A stretch of 63,698 nucleotides of DNA, filler included, from Octopus bimaculoides (taxonomy: Eukaryota): NCBI RefSeq assembly GCF_001194135.2. It is 5 parts of 5 records of this genome, joined end to end, with 100 filler letters (N's around TTAATTAATTAA, not from the genome) between each part and the next. Parts side by side here need not be neighbours in the genome. Positions count along the whole stretch, not along the records: positions 56,306 to 62,237 come from NC_068985.1; positions 62,338 to 63,698 come from NW_026429385.1; 3 more parts are not named here. One strand, 5' to 3'. The stretch's first letter is position 1, and every line of letters starts with the position of its first letter. This document shows positions 61,666 through 63,698 of this stretch, one piece after another. The notes beneath the pieces were generated by a model. That model was not told the origin of the DNA, made no database searches, and saw only the letters and a list, made by a program, of their open reading frames with translations. A program made the translations under genes and the position numbers.

Positions 61666-62337
61666 CTCACGATCAGCCGACCGCATTCTGCATTTCACTA
61701 CTCACAGTTTTGAACTGCTAAACATTATTATTGCACTTCATTAATTTGAATCTGAAACCTTAAAGACTTTATTCATACATTTCTAAACATACATACTTTT
61801 TTGAATGCCCATTACTCCCATAATTCTGCATTTTTAGTTAGACACTTTCCATGACAGTAGATACATTTTTTATTCCTCAACATATTTGTAGTTGCTTCAT
61901 GCAGGCATAACGTGGATTCGATCCTCGATTGCCAAATTTCACTTAACACTTCAACAGCGCTTTTCTCACGGTAAACAATAGTTTTTCTGTGAATCGCTAA
62001 GCAGAATAATGTTTTTGCCGCTTGACCCTTCTAACCTCTTCACTGGCTGGAATGGAGATAACAGACCTCCAACGAAATCATTTGTTCTCGACAATTTGTC
62101 TATCTTTCTGGCTGCTTTTTGATAATTATAAAAACAAGAACTTCGTTAGCTAAAGGCAGTTACTGAGAACGACCATCAGTGAGTATGAACGTTATTATTG
62201 CACTTTCTTCAAACATTTCATTCATAAATTTATATAANNNNNNNNNNNNNNNNNNNNNNNNNNNNNNNNNNNNNNNNNNNNTTAATTAATTAANNNNNNN
62301 NNNNNNNNNNNNNNNNNNNNNNNNNNNNNNNNNNNNN

Positions 62338-62790
62338 AGTGATGATGGTGGAGGATATCGACTCCTTACTTGTTTTTCTAAAATTCATCATAGATGTTCA
62401 ATAATATTGAGATCTGGGGACTATGGTGTTCAACTTCACTAGAATACTCCTCGTGCCATTCAGTAACAACTTAAGCTGTGTGAATTGGTGCATTATCATC
62501 CTGAAAGATTGCGTTCCCCCCACCCGGAAACAGTTCCGCGACCATAAGATGAATTTGATCAGATAAAATGCTTAAATAGTCATGACTATTAATTCTGCCA
62601 TGAAGGGAAACCATTGGGCCGGCGGCTTTCCAAGATATATAGCCCCTCCTCCAGATCATTACAGATCCTCGTCTATGTTTAACAGTTGGAAGAAGGCAGT
62701 CGGGGTCCAATGCTTCTTCTGGCTGTCTCCACACGTATACTCGGCCGGTGGTCGGAAATAAGGTAAAGGATGATTCGTCCGAGAAGATCT
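62338..62790 (-). mobile_element. Tc1 transposase fragment
   Basis: IFSDESSFTLFPTTGRVYVWRQ...PTVKH..GSVMIW...IFQDDNAPIHTA. Confidence 0.9.
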
Positions 62791-62879
62791 CACCATACCA
62801 AATAAAATCACTCAGCCAAAATATGCGAATGATAATACTCGTATTAATAACATAGTAAATTATTTTTCACGAAGAGACA

Positions 62880-63680
62880 GTGATCGACGAGGAACACGAC
62901 CAAGACGAATGCAAATAATAAACGGCCACCACTACATGGGCATGTGGCAACCACTTATGATCTCACAAAAACAAGGGAGGAATATAAAATACTAAAATCA
63001 CAGCTTGCATCGAAGTTTAAAAAGAAGTTATTTACCTAAAGCACTGCACGAGAGAACAATACCAACACGAGTTGAGAAAAAAAAAACTCATCGACTTGAT
63101 GTTATCCGCGATCGACGAAATTGCGAGAGAACAACTTGTTCAAATACAAGCTCCCAGGTTTTGGATAATAAAAGAAATTGCTATATTGTGTTGTAATAAC
63201 TGTGCACCAACGGACGGGAGTAACAGAGACCGATCCAAAAGTTAATACAGAGCCAAAATGGATTACCTCCCTTCAAAATAACATCAATGGACTCAGGAAA
63301 ATGATAGAATAGTTGAACGCTATCATCAAATGCAAAGCTAAAAATGAATTCAAGAATCATCAGCTATGACTGCATGATAGATTCTCCAATTTGTATGGGA
63401 TATACAGCCGAGAAAAACTCACAGACTGACGGATCACAGCCAAACACGATGTACGAGTGGTAAGTGAGAAATTTCGTGATCGTAAAAAATTTCACGAACG
63501 GAAAATGATAAGGCAAAAGTTTACCCAAAGCCCACAAGCTGTATATTGCAGTAAGAATGCGATATCAAGGTAGTAAATGTTCCTCCCCAGAAAGACCTAG
63601 AGCCATTTTGGCGGGAATATGGAATGTAGACAAAGAACACAATCGCGATGCAGCATAGTTAAACGAACAACGGAGTATTG
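62880..63680 (+). mobile_element. Decayed REL-LINE region upstream of the RT domain
   Basis: Translation ...VNVPPQKDLEPFW.GIWNVDKEHNRDAA resembles the P..E.FW..IW....HN motif. Confidence 0.55.
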
Positions 63681-63698
63681 TTAAAAAAAAAAAAAAAA

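Overview
AT-rich, microsatellite-dense animal genomic DNA with many N gaps. It is most likely an octopus/coleoid cephalopod, inferred from the SINE and LINE families and the repeat landscape. The only host gene I can support is the 3' half of GBA2 (non-lysosomal glucosylceramidase, GH116): seven in-frame minus-strand exons between 38176 and 54160 with canonical GT-AG sites. Its 5' exons are not visible in the window. The rest consists of tRNA-derived SINEs (several families, many copies), RTE-type tails, decayed REL-endonuclease LINEs, Penelope-like element (PLE) fragments, a Gypsy LTR remnant, Tc1 transposase remnants, Helentron-like elements and a 33-bp minisatellite that switches polarity twice. 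Top leads: (1) a PLE-type hammerhead ribozyme fold with a compensatory G3-C8 core swap, sense-oriented in the last GBA2 intron, plus several other hammerhead remnants; (2) a tRNA-headed SINE-like element with a hammerhead-bearing PLE-like tail; (3) a U6 snRNA fragment 5 nt upstream of a SINE head and abutting an inverted RTE fragment; (4) a fold-back palindrome in the minisatellite; (5) microsatellite-associated REL LINE ends and SINE stacks. Four 100-bp gaps carry an artificial six-frame stop linker. Exon, U6, ribozyme and hairpin coordinates were counted by hand. Mobile-element boundaries are approximate.
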